Part shown: positions 38,990 to 48,601 of the stretch, one piece after another | How positions within the stretch are numbered: the first letter of the stretch is position 1 | Layout of the letters: the number at the start of each line of letters is the position of its first letter | DNA from: a bacterium | GTDB lineage: Bacteria; Zhuqueibacterota; Zhuqueibacteria; Residuimicrobiales; Krinioviventaceae | Length of the DNA stretch: 64,000 nucleotides | Direction: 5' to 3' | Assembly (NCBI GenBank): GCA_963675755.2 | Contig: CAXXMD010000002.1 | Location: 576,001-640,000 of the forward strand | Notes under the pieces: model-generated | What the model was told of the DNA's origin: nothing | What the model saw: the letters and a program-made list of their open reading frames with translations, nothing else | Database searches by the model: none | Position numbers and translations under genes: made by a program

Positions 38990-40038
38990 ATTTTAAAAAA
39001 TATTATAAACATATTCTAACTATATTATTGCTGATAATCCTGTTTGTCGGATTATCAGTTTATTTTTATTTCAATTATCCTTTTAATAACCAAGATCTAA
39101 CCCAAAAAGATTTTATTATTGAATGGGGCGAATCTTTTTCTTCTGTTAGTAATCGATTAGAAGCTGATTCGCTAGTTAAAAGTTCTAATGGTTTAAAGGT
39201 ATTGGCCCGTATTACGGGTGAAACCATGGATATTAAAGCAGGTAAATATACTTTACCTAAAACCGGTTCCTTGTCTTATGTTCTGAATATGATTACAGAG
39301 GGGCGTCAGAGTTTTATCAAAGTTACCATTCCTGAAGGCTTAACCATACAACGCATTGCCACATTACTCGAAGATACTTTAAAGATTGATCCGGTTGAAT
39401 TTAAACGATTGACTCATGATTCAAGTTATATCAAAACTCTTGGGCTTGGTAATGGAGCCTCTTCAATATCTCTGGAAGGGTATCTGTTTCCTGATACTTA
39501 TAATTTTCCGTATGGATTGAATGAAAAACAGATAATAAGACAATTAGTATCAGCTTTTAAAAGTCAGGTTTCTGACTATATGGTGAATGCCGGTTCTGCA
39601 TACAATTTTGATTTGAACCAGATTATTGCACTCGCTTCTATTATAGAGGGAGAGGCTATTCTTGATGATGAGAAACCCGTCATTTCATCCGTTTATCACA
39701 ACCGATTACGTCTAGGTATGCTGTTGCAGGCAGATCCCACCATTCAATATATTATAGATGACGGTCCCCGTCGCTTACTTAACAGAGATCTGCAAATTGA
39801 ATCACCTTATAATACATACAAATATGCCGGTTTACCTCCGGGCCCAATTAATAATCCCGGTTTAGCAGCAATCAAAGCTGCAGTATTTCCGGTTGAGAGT
39901 AAATTTTTATATTTTGTAGCTGATGGAAAAGGGGGGCATGTTTTTAGTGAAACCCTTGCTCAGCATAATCGAGCAAAACAGCAGTTTAATCAGATTAGAC
40001 GGCAGGTTGCCAGAGAAAAACGCAGGAAGGAAATGTAA
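38977..40038 (+). CDS. mltG: Endolytic transglycosylase MltG
   Basis: N-terminal TM, TIPEG, EGYLFPDTY, ASIIEGE, NRL, LQADPT, SPYNTY..GLPPGPI. Confidence 0.95.
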   Translation: MVSLNFKKYYKHILTILLLIILFVGLSVYFYFNYPFNNQDLTQKDFIIEWGESFSSVSNRLEADSLVKSSNGLKVLARITGETMDIKAGKYTLPKTGSLSYVLNMITEGRQSFIKVTIPEGLTIQRIATLLEDTLKIDPVEFKRLTHDSSYIKTLGLGNGASSISLEGYLFPDTYNFPYGLNEKQIIRQLVSAFKSQVSDYMVNAGSAYNFDLNQIIALASIIEGEAILDDEKPVISSVYHNRLRLGMLLQADPTIQYIIDDGPRRLLNRDLQIESPYNTYKYAGLPPGPINNPGLAAIKAAVFPVESKFLYFVADGKGGHVFSETLAQHNRAKQQFNQIRRQVAREKRRKEM

Positions 40039-42234
40039 TTGAGTTCTACGACGGATTGGATATATAAAGAATTAAACGAGAATCAACTTGCGGCTGTAAA
40101 ACAGCTTGATGGTCCGGTATTGATACTTGCCGGTGCGGGTAGTGGTAAAACACGTGTTTTAACTTATCGTATTGCAAATTTACTGGCCCAAAACAAAGCT
40201 GAACCTTACCAGATCCTTTCTATGACATTTACAAACAAAGCGGCAGCAGAGATGCGGGAACGAATTGAAAAACTCGTTCCTGAAAATTCTGATGGAATGT
40301 GGATGGGTACTTTTCATTCCTTGTTTGCAAAATTATTGCGCAGGGATGGAGACAAGATTGGTTTTGATAGAAACTTTACGATATATGATGTAGCAGATCA
40401 GGTTACACTGCTTAAAACGATTATTGGCGAGTTGAAACTTCCTGTGCAGGAAGTTCAGCCTAAAATTGTACAGAATAAGATCAGCAATGCCAAAAATGCC
40501 ATGATCATGCCCGAAGAATACAGTAACACTGTTGGAAATCCTATGGATGAGGTGGTTGCTAAAATCTATGCATTATATCAAAAACGGTTGTTGGAAAACA
40601 ATGCAATGGATTTTGATGATTTATTAATTAAACCTATTGAGCTTTTTACTAAAAATCCAGATGTTCAGGCATTTTATCAAAACCGTTTCAAGTATATCAT
40701 GGTTGATGAGTATCAGGATACAAACCACGCACAGTATAGAGCGTTGAAAATGATGACCGGCCAGGCAGGTAATATTTGTGTAGTGGGTGATGATGATCAA
40801 TCTATTTACCGATGGCGAGGTGCAGATCTTCGGAATATTCTCGAGTTTGAATCTGACTATCCCAAGTGTAAAAAATTTCGTCTGGAACAGAATTATCGTT
40901 CTACTAAAAATATTTTGGCAGCAGCGCACTCTGTGATTGTACATAATGTAAAACGTCATGATAAAGAGTTGTGGACGAACAGAGAGCCGGGAGAGCAGGT
41001 AACTTTGACGACATTGTATGATGAACGTGAAGAAGCCCGATACATTGTTGGTCAGATTGGTAACGAATTCCGCAAGGCTGAGCGAAGATTTTATGATTTT
41101 TCTATATTGTATCGTACCAATGCGCAGTCCCGTGTTATTGAAGAGGCGTTACGTATTGATGGTATACCTTATATCATTGTAGGTGGCGTAAAATTTTATG
41201 AACGCAAAGAAGTCAAAGATGTTCTCGCTTATCTCAAAGTATTGGTTAATCCTGCTGATAGTATAAGTTTAAAGCGCATTATAAATTTCCCCTTGCGTGG
41301 CATTGGTGATTCTACCATTCAAAAACTTGAACTATACGCATTTGAGAAAAGTAGATCTATCTATGAAGTATTAAAATATGTAGATGAAATCCAGGGTATT
41401 ACTGATAAAACAGTAAAACGAATTAGCAATTTTTACAAATTATTGAAAAAGTACCATTCATTGCAGGAAAAAGTATCTCCAACTGAACTTGCTACTTCTT
41501 TGGTTGAAGAAACCGGTATACTCAAGCAGTATAAAGAAGATACTTCTGTAGAATCTCAAACCCGTGCTGAAAACGTTCGCGAGCTTTTGATAGCTATTGC
41601 TGAATATTGTAAACAAAACGGATCAGAAGCAACACTCGAAGCATTTTTGCAACATGTAACATTGACTACTGATATTGATACCTGGGATGATAAATCCAAT
41701 GCGGTGACCATGATGACCCTGCACGCTGCAAAGGGTTTGGAATTTCCTGTTGTGTTTATCACAGGACTTGAAGAAGGATTGTTTCCTACTTCACGAAGTC
41801 TGGATGATCCTCATGCGCTTGAAGAGGAGAGACGCTTGTTTTATGTTGGCGCTACCCGAGCACAGGATAAACTGTACCTAACATTAACAAAAAACAGACA
41901 GCGTTACGGTGAAAATCCTGCACGGGTAAAATCCCGTTTCATTAAAGAATTAGACTCCCGTTATGTCCAGTATGAACAAAGTCGTACCATACAGGCCAAA
42001 GAAATTAAAAAGCCACGTGTGTATTACGATGCTGATTCAATGCCTGACTATGAAAACATGTCTCAGGAGAATATTGAATTTTCTGTAGGAATGCGGGTAA
42101 AACATGTTAAATTTGGTAAAGGAAATATTTTAAAAATTGAACCCAGTCATGGAACATACAAGCTGCTTGTGATGTTTGATACAGCAGGAGAAAAACGACT
42201 TGTATTACCTTATGCAAAATTGGAAATTTTATAG
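40039..42234 (+). CDS. pcrA: ATP-dependent DNA helicase PcrA/UvrD
   Basis: AGAGSGKT, TFTNKAA, VDEYQD, GDDDQSIY, QNYRST, LYRTNAQSR, HAAKGLEF, EERRL; C-terminal Tudor-like HVKFG. Confidence 0.96.
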   Translation: MSSTTDWIYKELNENQLAAVKQLDGPVLILAGAGSGKTRVLTYRIANLLAQNKAEPYQILSMTFTNKAAAEMRERIEKLVPENSDGMWMGTFHSLFAKLLRRDGDKIGFDRNFTIYDVADQVTLLKTIIGELKLPVQEVQPKIVQNKISNAKNAMIMPEEYSNTVGNPMDEVVAKIYALYQKRLLENNAMDFDDLLIKPIELFTKNPDVQAFYQNRFKYIMVDEYQDTNHAQYRALKMMTGQAGNICVVGDDDQSIYRWRGADLRNILEFESDYPKCKKFRLEQNYRSTKNILAAAHSVIVHNVKRHDKELWTNREPGEQVTLTTLYDEREEARYIVGQIGNEFRKAERRFYDFSILYRTNAQSRVIEEALRIDGIPYIIVGGVKFYERKEVKDVLAYLKVLVNPADSISLKRIINFPLRGIGDSTIQKLELYAFEKSRSIYEVLKYVDEIQGITDKTVKRISNFYKLLKKYHSLQEKVSPTELATSLVEETGILKQYKEDTSVESQTRAENVRELLIAIAEYCKQNGSEATLEAFLQHVTLTTDIDTWDDKSNAVTMMTLHAAKGLEFPVVFITGLEEGLFPTSRSLDDPHALEEERRLFYVGATRAQDKLYLTLTKNRQRYGENPARVKSRFIKELDSRYVQYEQSRTIQAKEIKKPRVYYDADSMPDYENMSQENIEFSVGMRVKHVKFGKGNILKIEPSHGTYKLLVMFDTAGEKRLVLPYAKLEIL

Positions 42235-42237
42235 CTT

Positions 42238-45200
42238 ATGAAAAAACTATTTATTTTTTTGATTCTGACCACTCCATTTTGGACTTTAGCTCAGGAAACT
42301 GCATTACAGGAAGAACATGATTTTCGCTTTTCTATTCAGCTCATGAACAAGGAAATGTACGACCTGGCAGCCATTCAATTTGATAAATTTACGGATAATT
42401 ATCCTACCAGCCCCAATGCACCACAGGCAATGATCAATGCTGCATCCTGCTATGAAAAAATGGATAGCTTGAATGTGGCCGCTAAATATTATTATGATCT
42501 TGTACTAAAATTTCCACAAAGCGAACTGGTAGATCAGGCTTTGTACAATAGAGGTATATTGCTGCAAAAAATGGGTGACCATTTAAATGCAGCATTAAAT
42601 CTTGAACGATTATTGATTTTTACTCCTTCAAGCAATCTGGTACCTGCCGCACAGCTGCTTGCAGCACAATCATTTATCCAGATCAAAGATTACAGCAAGG
42701 CATTAAACGCAGCAAATGTAGTTATTGAAAAATATCCTTCACATCCCGAGCGATCTCATGCGCATCTGATTATTGCTGAAATTTATGGCTATCAGGGAAA
42801 AATGGAATATGCGTTTAGCGAATTGGACAAAGTGTCAGGTAATAATCTGGAAAATGAGATCACCCAGCAGGCTTTTTTACTTAAAGCCAAACTGTTTAGG
42901 GATTCAGGGCGTTACTCCTTGTCTGACAGTCTGTTAGAAAATTTGATTCAAGCAAGAGTTGTTAATGATTTTGTACTTGAAGCGGGGTATCAGCTTGCTC
43001 TATCTTATCAGGCTTTTGGAGATTATCAAAAATCTATCAAAGTTGCAACAGGCTTGCTGAATAAAAAATCTGCTGGTATATTACCCTCAAAGCTGGTATT
43101 GGTAACTGGTGACAATTATGCCATGCTCAAAGAATATGAAACTGCTCTTTCATATTATACACAATGTGATACCTCCATTATTGATAACAACTGGGATACT
43201 GCTTTTTTGTATCGTTTGGGATTTGTATTTCAAAAGCTCAACCGTAAAGAAGAATCAAGCAAGGTATTTGAACAAATTTTAAATAACCCTGGAGCGGTTG
43301 ATACCTATATTCTTTTTAAAAGTCTTGAAACCTATGCTTTAATACTAAAAGAAAGCAATAACGCAATAGAAGCGGTTGATTTCTTACAACAATCTTTGCA
43401 AAATCCTGTATATTCAACCTATCAGGATAAAATTTTATATATTTTAGGTGAGATTCAAGAGACTGGTTTAAATGACTGGGCAGGAGCACGTTCAAGCTAT
43501 TCTGCAATTCAATCTGCTGCATTAAAAAGTGATTTGGCTGATCAGGCCCAAATTAAAATCTGCCAAACTTTTGAAAAAGAAGGCAATATTGACCAGGCGC
43601 TACGTGAATACAAGAGATTTTTAAACATATATCCTGCTTCTGATCAATATCAAAATGTTAAAGTTAAAGCAGATATATTAGAAAAACAATTGCCTGTTGC
43701 CAGCTCCGGAACGGATTTAATAGCAAAAATGTTCCTGCAGGACCTCAACAGTGCCTCCAGTGCGCAGACACTTGCAGATTTGGCTGGAATTTTGATCAAT
43801 GAAAGACATGATTACCAAACCGCAATCTCTTTTATTGAAAAAGCTGTTGCCGCGGATATGACTGAATCGCTGGATCTTGAAAAACTTGCATTTGAAAAAG
43901 CGTATTGTCACGCTGTTTTGTCGGAAATTAATTATGCAAACCATCAACCCATCAAAGCCAAAGCTCATAAAGATACACTTAATCAGCTTTATAGTCATAT
44001 GCAGGCAGGATTTCCGAACTCGGAACAAACATTTAAAACCTATTTATATAAAATCAAACTGGATTTGATGGAAATTGAATCCCCGGAACATGTTTCCCGC
44101 TACCTGGATTCAACTTTGGTGAAAATTCCGGAGGATATGAAATCTGATCCCCAATATGTAGCGTTGGAATTGATGCAAATTCATTCTTTGCTTGATGCAA
44201 AATCTGATACAACCAATTGGCTCAACCTTCAAAAAGCGAATATGATTTGTTCTGGTATCCAATCTCAAACTAATGATCCTGAATTGGTGTCAGAATCGCA
44301 ATTGTTGAATGCAGAGATCCTCTACAAACTTGCTGAGACAGACAGTGCCGTCAAAGTGCTTTCACAAATCAAACAAAATAATGCTGTCGGCGTTCAGTCA
44401 CAGTACTTATTGGCAAGATTGTACCAGGAAGAAGAAATGTATGATAAAGCATTGCGTATCTATAATACCATAGCCAGTTCGCATTATTACTCTCCACTTG
44501 CTATAGAAGCAGTAAAGAACAGTGTCGGGATTTTATATGAATTAGATCGTATCAAAGAAGCCCGAGCTTTGATTGACCAATATCTCGAGTACAAGGGAAA
44601 TGAATATCTCCCCAATTTTTTTTTCGATACCCAATTTGATGAATTAATTTGGTTATCTGCCAAATTGTCGGACAAGAATCAGGAACCTGTAAAAGCAACA
44701 CAGGATTTACAGCGATATCTTTACACCAGTAATGCGCCAAAGCATCAGGCAGAAGCGTTATTATTGTTGGGCGATATTGCACGTGAATCAAACAATAACG
44801 AAATTGCAATTGGTCATTATACCGAGTTGGTGCAAAAATTCCCTGGCGACACACTGGCCCAGAGTGCCAGAGAGTCCATTGCCGATATTTTCTTTCAAAT
44901 GGAAGATTATCAACAGGCATTACAGCACTTTAAATCCATAAAATCTCAGCAAACAGGGGATAAGCAAATTTTTGCTTATTCACGTGAAGTGGTTTGTGAA
45001 TTCCGTCTTGGAAATCTAGCCAAAGCAAAGAACCTTGCTAAACAATTTTCAAAGACCTATAAAGATCAGGACAAATATGAAGCAGAATTTCTCTATGAAG
45101 AAGGAATGCTTCAAATTAAACTTAAAAATTTTGATGAAGCAGAAGATGCATTCAAAGATTTGTCCAAAAAGTACGATGATATTCCCGAAGGTGCAAAAGG

Positions 45201-45918
45201 GGATTTGGGACTTGCCAGGATGTATGTAATTACCGGCAAACCGGAAGATGCGTTGAAAATACTAACTCAAATTCCCGAAGATTATGATGATCCCATTATT
45301 CTGGCTACTGCCTATTTAAATCTTGCAGATTTTTATTACGAGAACCGCCTGTTACCACAATGTATTGCTGCTAATGAAAAAGTATTGGGACTGGTGGATT
45401 CCGGTAATTTGCACAAAAGTGCCATGAATTTATTGATCAAAACCTACGATCAGTTCAAATTGGGAGATAAAGCCATTGCATTAATCCGGGAATTTATCGA
45501 AAAATACCCCAACGATCCCGATATTATGATCAAAAAAATACAGATTGGAATTCTTTTGCATGATATTAAGGATTATGATCGCTCTATCTCTTATTTAAAG
45601 AACCTGAAACCCTTTGTAAGCAGTACAGATGAGCCCGAAGTGCAATATTACATCGCTCTGTCATATATGGATAAAGGAGATTTTGATCAGGCAATTGTAG
45701 AGTTTTTAAAGGTTAAATATCTCAGTAAAGACACAAAGTTGCCCTGGAAGGTTTCATCACTTTATCAGGCTGGTATTGCTTATCGAAAATTGGGTAATTA
45801 TGATAAAGCAATTGAATTGTTGCAGCAGGTAGTTCGAGAACAGGGAGCCGTTGACAGTTTTGGTCAGGCTGCCGCTTCAAAAATCAAAGAAATTGAATCT
45901 GAAAGAGCACAATTGTAA
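42238..45918 (+). CDS. Large secreted tetratricopeptide repeat protein
   Basis: Signal peptide; many TPR-like helical pairs with YP.S turns over 1226 aa. Confidence 0.85.
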   Translation: MKKLFIFLILTTPFWTLAQETALQEEHDFRFSIQLMNKEMYDLAAIQFDKFTDNYPTSPNAPQAMINAASCYEKMDSLNVAAKYYYDLVLKFPQSELVDQALYNRGILLQKMGDHLNAALNLERLLIFTPSSNLVPAAQLLAAQSFIQIKDYSKALNAANVVIEKYPSHPERSHAHLIIAEIYGYQGKMEYAFSELDKVSGNNLENEITQQAFLLKAKLFRDSGRYSLSDSLLENLIQARVVNDFVLEAGYQLALSYQAFGDYQKSIKVATGLLNKKSAGILPSKLVLVTGDNYAMLKEYETALSYYTQCDTSIIDNNWDTAFLYRLGFVFQKLNRKEESSKVFEQILNNPGAVDTYILFKSLETYALILKESNNAIEAVDFLQQSLQNPVYSTYQDKILYILGEIQETGLNDWAGARSSYSAIQSAALKSDLADQAQIKICQTFEKEGNIDQALREYKRFLNIYPASDQYQNVKVKADILEKQLPVASSGTDLIAKMFLQDLNSASSAQTLADLAGILINERHDYQTAISFIEKAVAADMTESLDLEKLAFEKAYCHAVLSEINYANHQPIKAKAHKDTLNQLYSHMQAGFPNSEQTFKTYLYKIKLDLMEIESPEHVSRYLDSTLVKIPEDMKSDPQYVALELMQIHSLLDAKSDTTNWLNLQKANMICSGIQSQTNDPELVSESQLLNAEILYKLAETDSAVKVLSQIKQNNAVGVQSQYLLARLYQEEEMYDKALRIYNTIASSHYYSPLAIEAVKNSVGILYELDRIKEARALIDQYLEYKGNEYLPNFFFDTQFDELIWLSAKLSDKNQEPVKATQDLQRYLYTSNAPKHQAEALLLLGDIARESNNNEIAIGHYTELVQKFPGDTLAQSARESIADIFFQMEDYQQALQHFKSIKSQQTGDKQIFAYSREVVCEFRLGNLAKAKNLAKQFSKTYKDQDKYEAEFLYEEGMLQIKLKNFDEAEDAFKDLSKKYDDIPEGAKGDLGLARMYVITGKPEDALKILTQIPEDYDDPIILATAYLNLADFYYENRLLPQCIAANEKVLGLVDSGNLHKSAMNLLIKTYDQFKLGDKAIALIREFIEKYPNDPDIMIKKIQIGILLHDIKDYDRSISYLKNLKPFVSSTDEPEVQYYIALSYMDKGDFDQAIVEFLKVKYLSKDTKLPWKVSSLYQAGIAYRKLGNYDKAIELLQQVVREQGAVDSFGQAAASKIKEIESERAQL

Positions 45919-45919
45919 A

Positions 45920-46768
45920 ATGGATAAAATATTAATAGATACCGCCAAAAAGATCATTGAAAACGCACTTTTAGAGGATTTGGGGAAATGGGGCGATATT
46001 ACCACACGTGCAACAGCCAGTGATGACAATATGAATACCGCACAAATTATTGCCAAGCAAGAGGGTGTCATTTCAGGACTTGAGATTGCCGAATTGGTAT
46101 TTACTACTGTTGACAATACAATTACTTGCACTAAACATGTATACGATGGTGATAACGTTAACAATCGTGATCAGATAATGACCATAACCGGCAAAGCATC
46201 CAGTTTATTAAGTGCGGAACGAACTGCGTTAAATTTTTTGGGTCATTTATCAGGAATTGCAACATTAACCAGTCAGTTTGTTGCAGAAACCAAAGGTACA
46301 AAGGCAAAAATTTTGGATACCCGCAAGACAACTCCCGGATGGAGATTGCTTGAAAAGTATGCTGTTGTATGCGGAGGGGGGATGAACCACCGCATGGGAT
46401 TGCACGATATGTTCCTGATCAAAGATAATCACATATCTCATTGTGGCTGTATTACAGAGTCTGTTAAAAAATGCCGTAATTATATGAATGAAAAGAGCAT
46501 ACAGGCACCTATCGAAGTTGAAGTGAAAAATCTATCAGAATTTCGCGAAGCTGCATCGCTTGATGTTGATCGAATTATGCTTGATAATATGAGTGACGAG
46601 TTGATTAAAGAGTGTATTGATGCCAACCATAGCCAAATACCGTTGGAAATATCAGGAAATGTGAACCTTGAAACTGTTAAACGATACGCTCAAACAGGTG
46701 TGGATTATATATCTGTTGGAGCTTTAACTCATTCTTTTCGGAACTTTGATTTCAGTATGTTGTTTTAA
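45920..46768 (+). CDS. nadC: Quinolinate phosphoribosyltransferase (carboxylating)
   Basis: ED..GDITT, ERTALN, DTRKTTPG, HRMGL, KDNH, EVE, MLDN, SVGALTH; likely ATG at 45920. Confidence 0.96.
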   Translation: MDKILIDTAKKIIENALLEDLGKWGDITTRATASDDNMNTAQIIAKQEGVISGLEIAELVFTTVDNTITCTKHVYDGDNVNNRDQIMTITGKASSLLSAERTALNFLGHLSGIATLTSQFVAETKGTKAKILDTRKTTPGWRLLEKYAVVCGGGMNHRMGLHDMFLIKDNHISHCGCITESVKKCRNYMNEKSIQAPIEVEVKNLSEFREAASLDVDRIMLDNMSDELIKECIDANHSQIPLEISGNVNLETVKRYAQTGVDYISVGALTHSFRNFDFSMLF

Positions 46769-46941
46769 TAATATGACGTAATGCCAGCTAATGCGACAAT
46801 ATGGCATTTATAATTTATATGTGAATTGCAACTATTATTGTTTTTTATGGATTTATGCGTATTTTTATGTAATGGAATAGTATTTGCTGATATATCGTTA
46901 GATTAACTATATGTTTGCTTAATAAACGAGGTATAATATAA

Positions 46942-48474
46942 ATGAATAGACCTGAAAACAATAAAATTCCTACTCCTGAAGAATTACAAAAAGATGTTGC
47001 TGATTTTTTAAAGGATAAATACGGCAAAAATGTGATTATTCCGCAGCAACCCAACAGTTACGGGTCTGATTCAGGTGAAAAAGTTGAAACACCCAAGCCT
47101 GAATATAAAATTAATTTCAATTTAAAGCCAACCGAACTTGAAGAATATTTAAATAAATATGTTGTTGGTCAGGATGAAGCTATTGAAGTTTTAGCAACAA
47201 AGATCTGTACACACTTTAATAGAATGAATTATGAGAAAAACCATCCGGAAGCTGATGAGCTGGTTGGTAATATAAAAAGTAATGTGTTAATGATTGGACC
47301 CACTGGTGTTGGTAAAACCTATCTCATTAAGCTTATTGCAAAAAAGATTGGCGTACCCTTTGTAAAAGGGGATGCTACAAAATTCAGTGAAACCGGATAT
47401 GTAGGTGGTGATGTTGAAGATCTTGTAAGAAATCTGGTGCACGAGGCGAACGGTGATATCTCTTTGGCTGAATATGGCATCATTTATCTGGATGAAATTG
47501 ATAAAATTGCATCAATGTCTAATGGTTATGGTCCCGATGTATCCAGAGGCGGTGTTCAGAGAAACCTGCTTAAATTGATGGAAGAAGCCGAAGTTGATTT
47601 GAAAACGCCGCATGACCTTGCTTCTCAAATGGAAGCTGCCATGGAAGCTCAACGGACCGGCAAAGTTAATCGCAAAAAGATCAATACAAAAAATATTCTG
47701 TTTGTAATGAGTGGAGCGTTTTTTCAACTCAGTGAGATTATCAGACGCAGATTAAATCAGCAACCAATTGGTTTTCAGGCAAAAAGTGATGAAAACCTCA
47801 GTTTAACCAATGATCTTGAAATTATGAAAAATGTTAAGACTGAAGATTTGATTAAATTCGGTTTTGAATCTGAATTTATTGGCCGTTTACCGGTAGTTGT
47901 TACACTGAATACCCTTGATGTAGATGGTTTGTATCGTATTCTCAGCAATCCTAACAGCTCTGTTATTCAGGGTAAAAAGCGTGATTTTATGGGTTATGAT
48001 ATTGATATCGACTTTCAGGACGACGCTTTGAAAAAAATGGCAGAACTTGCTTATGAAGAGCAAACCGGTGCCCGCGGTCTGGTGAGTGTTGTAGATAAAA
48101 TGATGTTAAAGTATGAAAAAATGCTTCCGGATACAGATATTCACGAGCTATTATTTACAGAGAAAATGATTAACAATCCGGTTGGAGAGCTTGAAAAGAT
48201 TCTTACTTCGTACTATATCAAAAAATTTCAAAAACGATTTCTGGTTACAAATGGAATTGTAATCACATTCACTGATAAAGCTGTTGAATTGTTGAATCGT
48301 GATGCCAAGAATAACAAGATAACCCTGGAAGAAGAGTGTAACAATCTATTGCGGGATTATGAATATGGTTTACGCCTGCTTGGTAAAGAAGAGTTTACAG
48401 TTGATGAACAAATTGTTACCAATCCCAAAGAGCGACTTGAGGAATTAATTAAACTCAGCTATGAAAATAAATAG
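46942..48474 (+). CDS. clpX: ClpX-like AAA+ ATPase lacking the N-terminal zinc-binding domain
   Basis: YVVGQDEA, GPTGVGKT, GYVGGDVE, DEIDK, DVSRGGVQ, IGF loop, EFIGRLP, GARGL. Confidence 0.8.
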   Translation: MNRPENNKIPTPEELQKDVADFLKDKYGKNVIIPQQPNSYGSDSGEKVETPKPEYKINFNLKPTELEEYLNKYVVGQDEAIEVLATKICTHFNRMNYEKNHPEADELVGNIKSNVLMIGPTGVGKTYLIKLIAKKIGVPFVKGDATKFSETGYVGGDVEDLVRNLVHEANGDISLAEYGIIYLDEIDKIASMSNGYGPDVSRGGVQRNLLKLMEEAEVDLKTPHDLASQMEAAMEAQRTGKVNRKKINTKNILFVMSGAFFQLSEIIRRRLNQQPIGFQAKSDENLSLTNDLEIMKNVKTEDLIKFGFESEFIGRLPVVVTLNTLDVDGLYRILSNPNSSVIQGKKRDFMGYDIDIDFQDDALKKMAELAYEEQTGARGLVSVVDKMMLKYEKMLPDTDIHELLFTEKMINNPVGELEKILTSYYIKKFQKRFLVTNGIVITFTDKAVELLNRDAKNNKITLEEECNNLLRDYEYGLRLLGKEEFTVDEQIVTNPKERLEELIKLSYENK

Positions 48475-48500
48475 CATTATTAAATAAAATATCGTATTTT

Positions 48501-48533
48501 AAAAAGCCGTTTCATTCGTGAGACGGCTTTTTT
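48501..48533 (+). terminator. Rho-independent terminator
   Basis: AAAAAGCCGTTTCA-ttcg-TGAGACGGCTTTTTT with a UUCG loop. Confidence 0.88.
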
Positions 48534-48601
48534 CTTATATTTTATATTTTTTTTTATTAAATTTATTATAATATTGATATTAACAAGCAGTTTAGATAGA
48601 A

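Noticed and set aside
46780-46808. AATGCCA-N15-TGGCATT inverted repeat upstream of the clpX-like gene as a CIRCE/HrcA operator
   Set aside because: It does not match TTAGCACTC-N9-GAGTGCTAA; the arms are short and could be chance.
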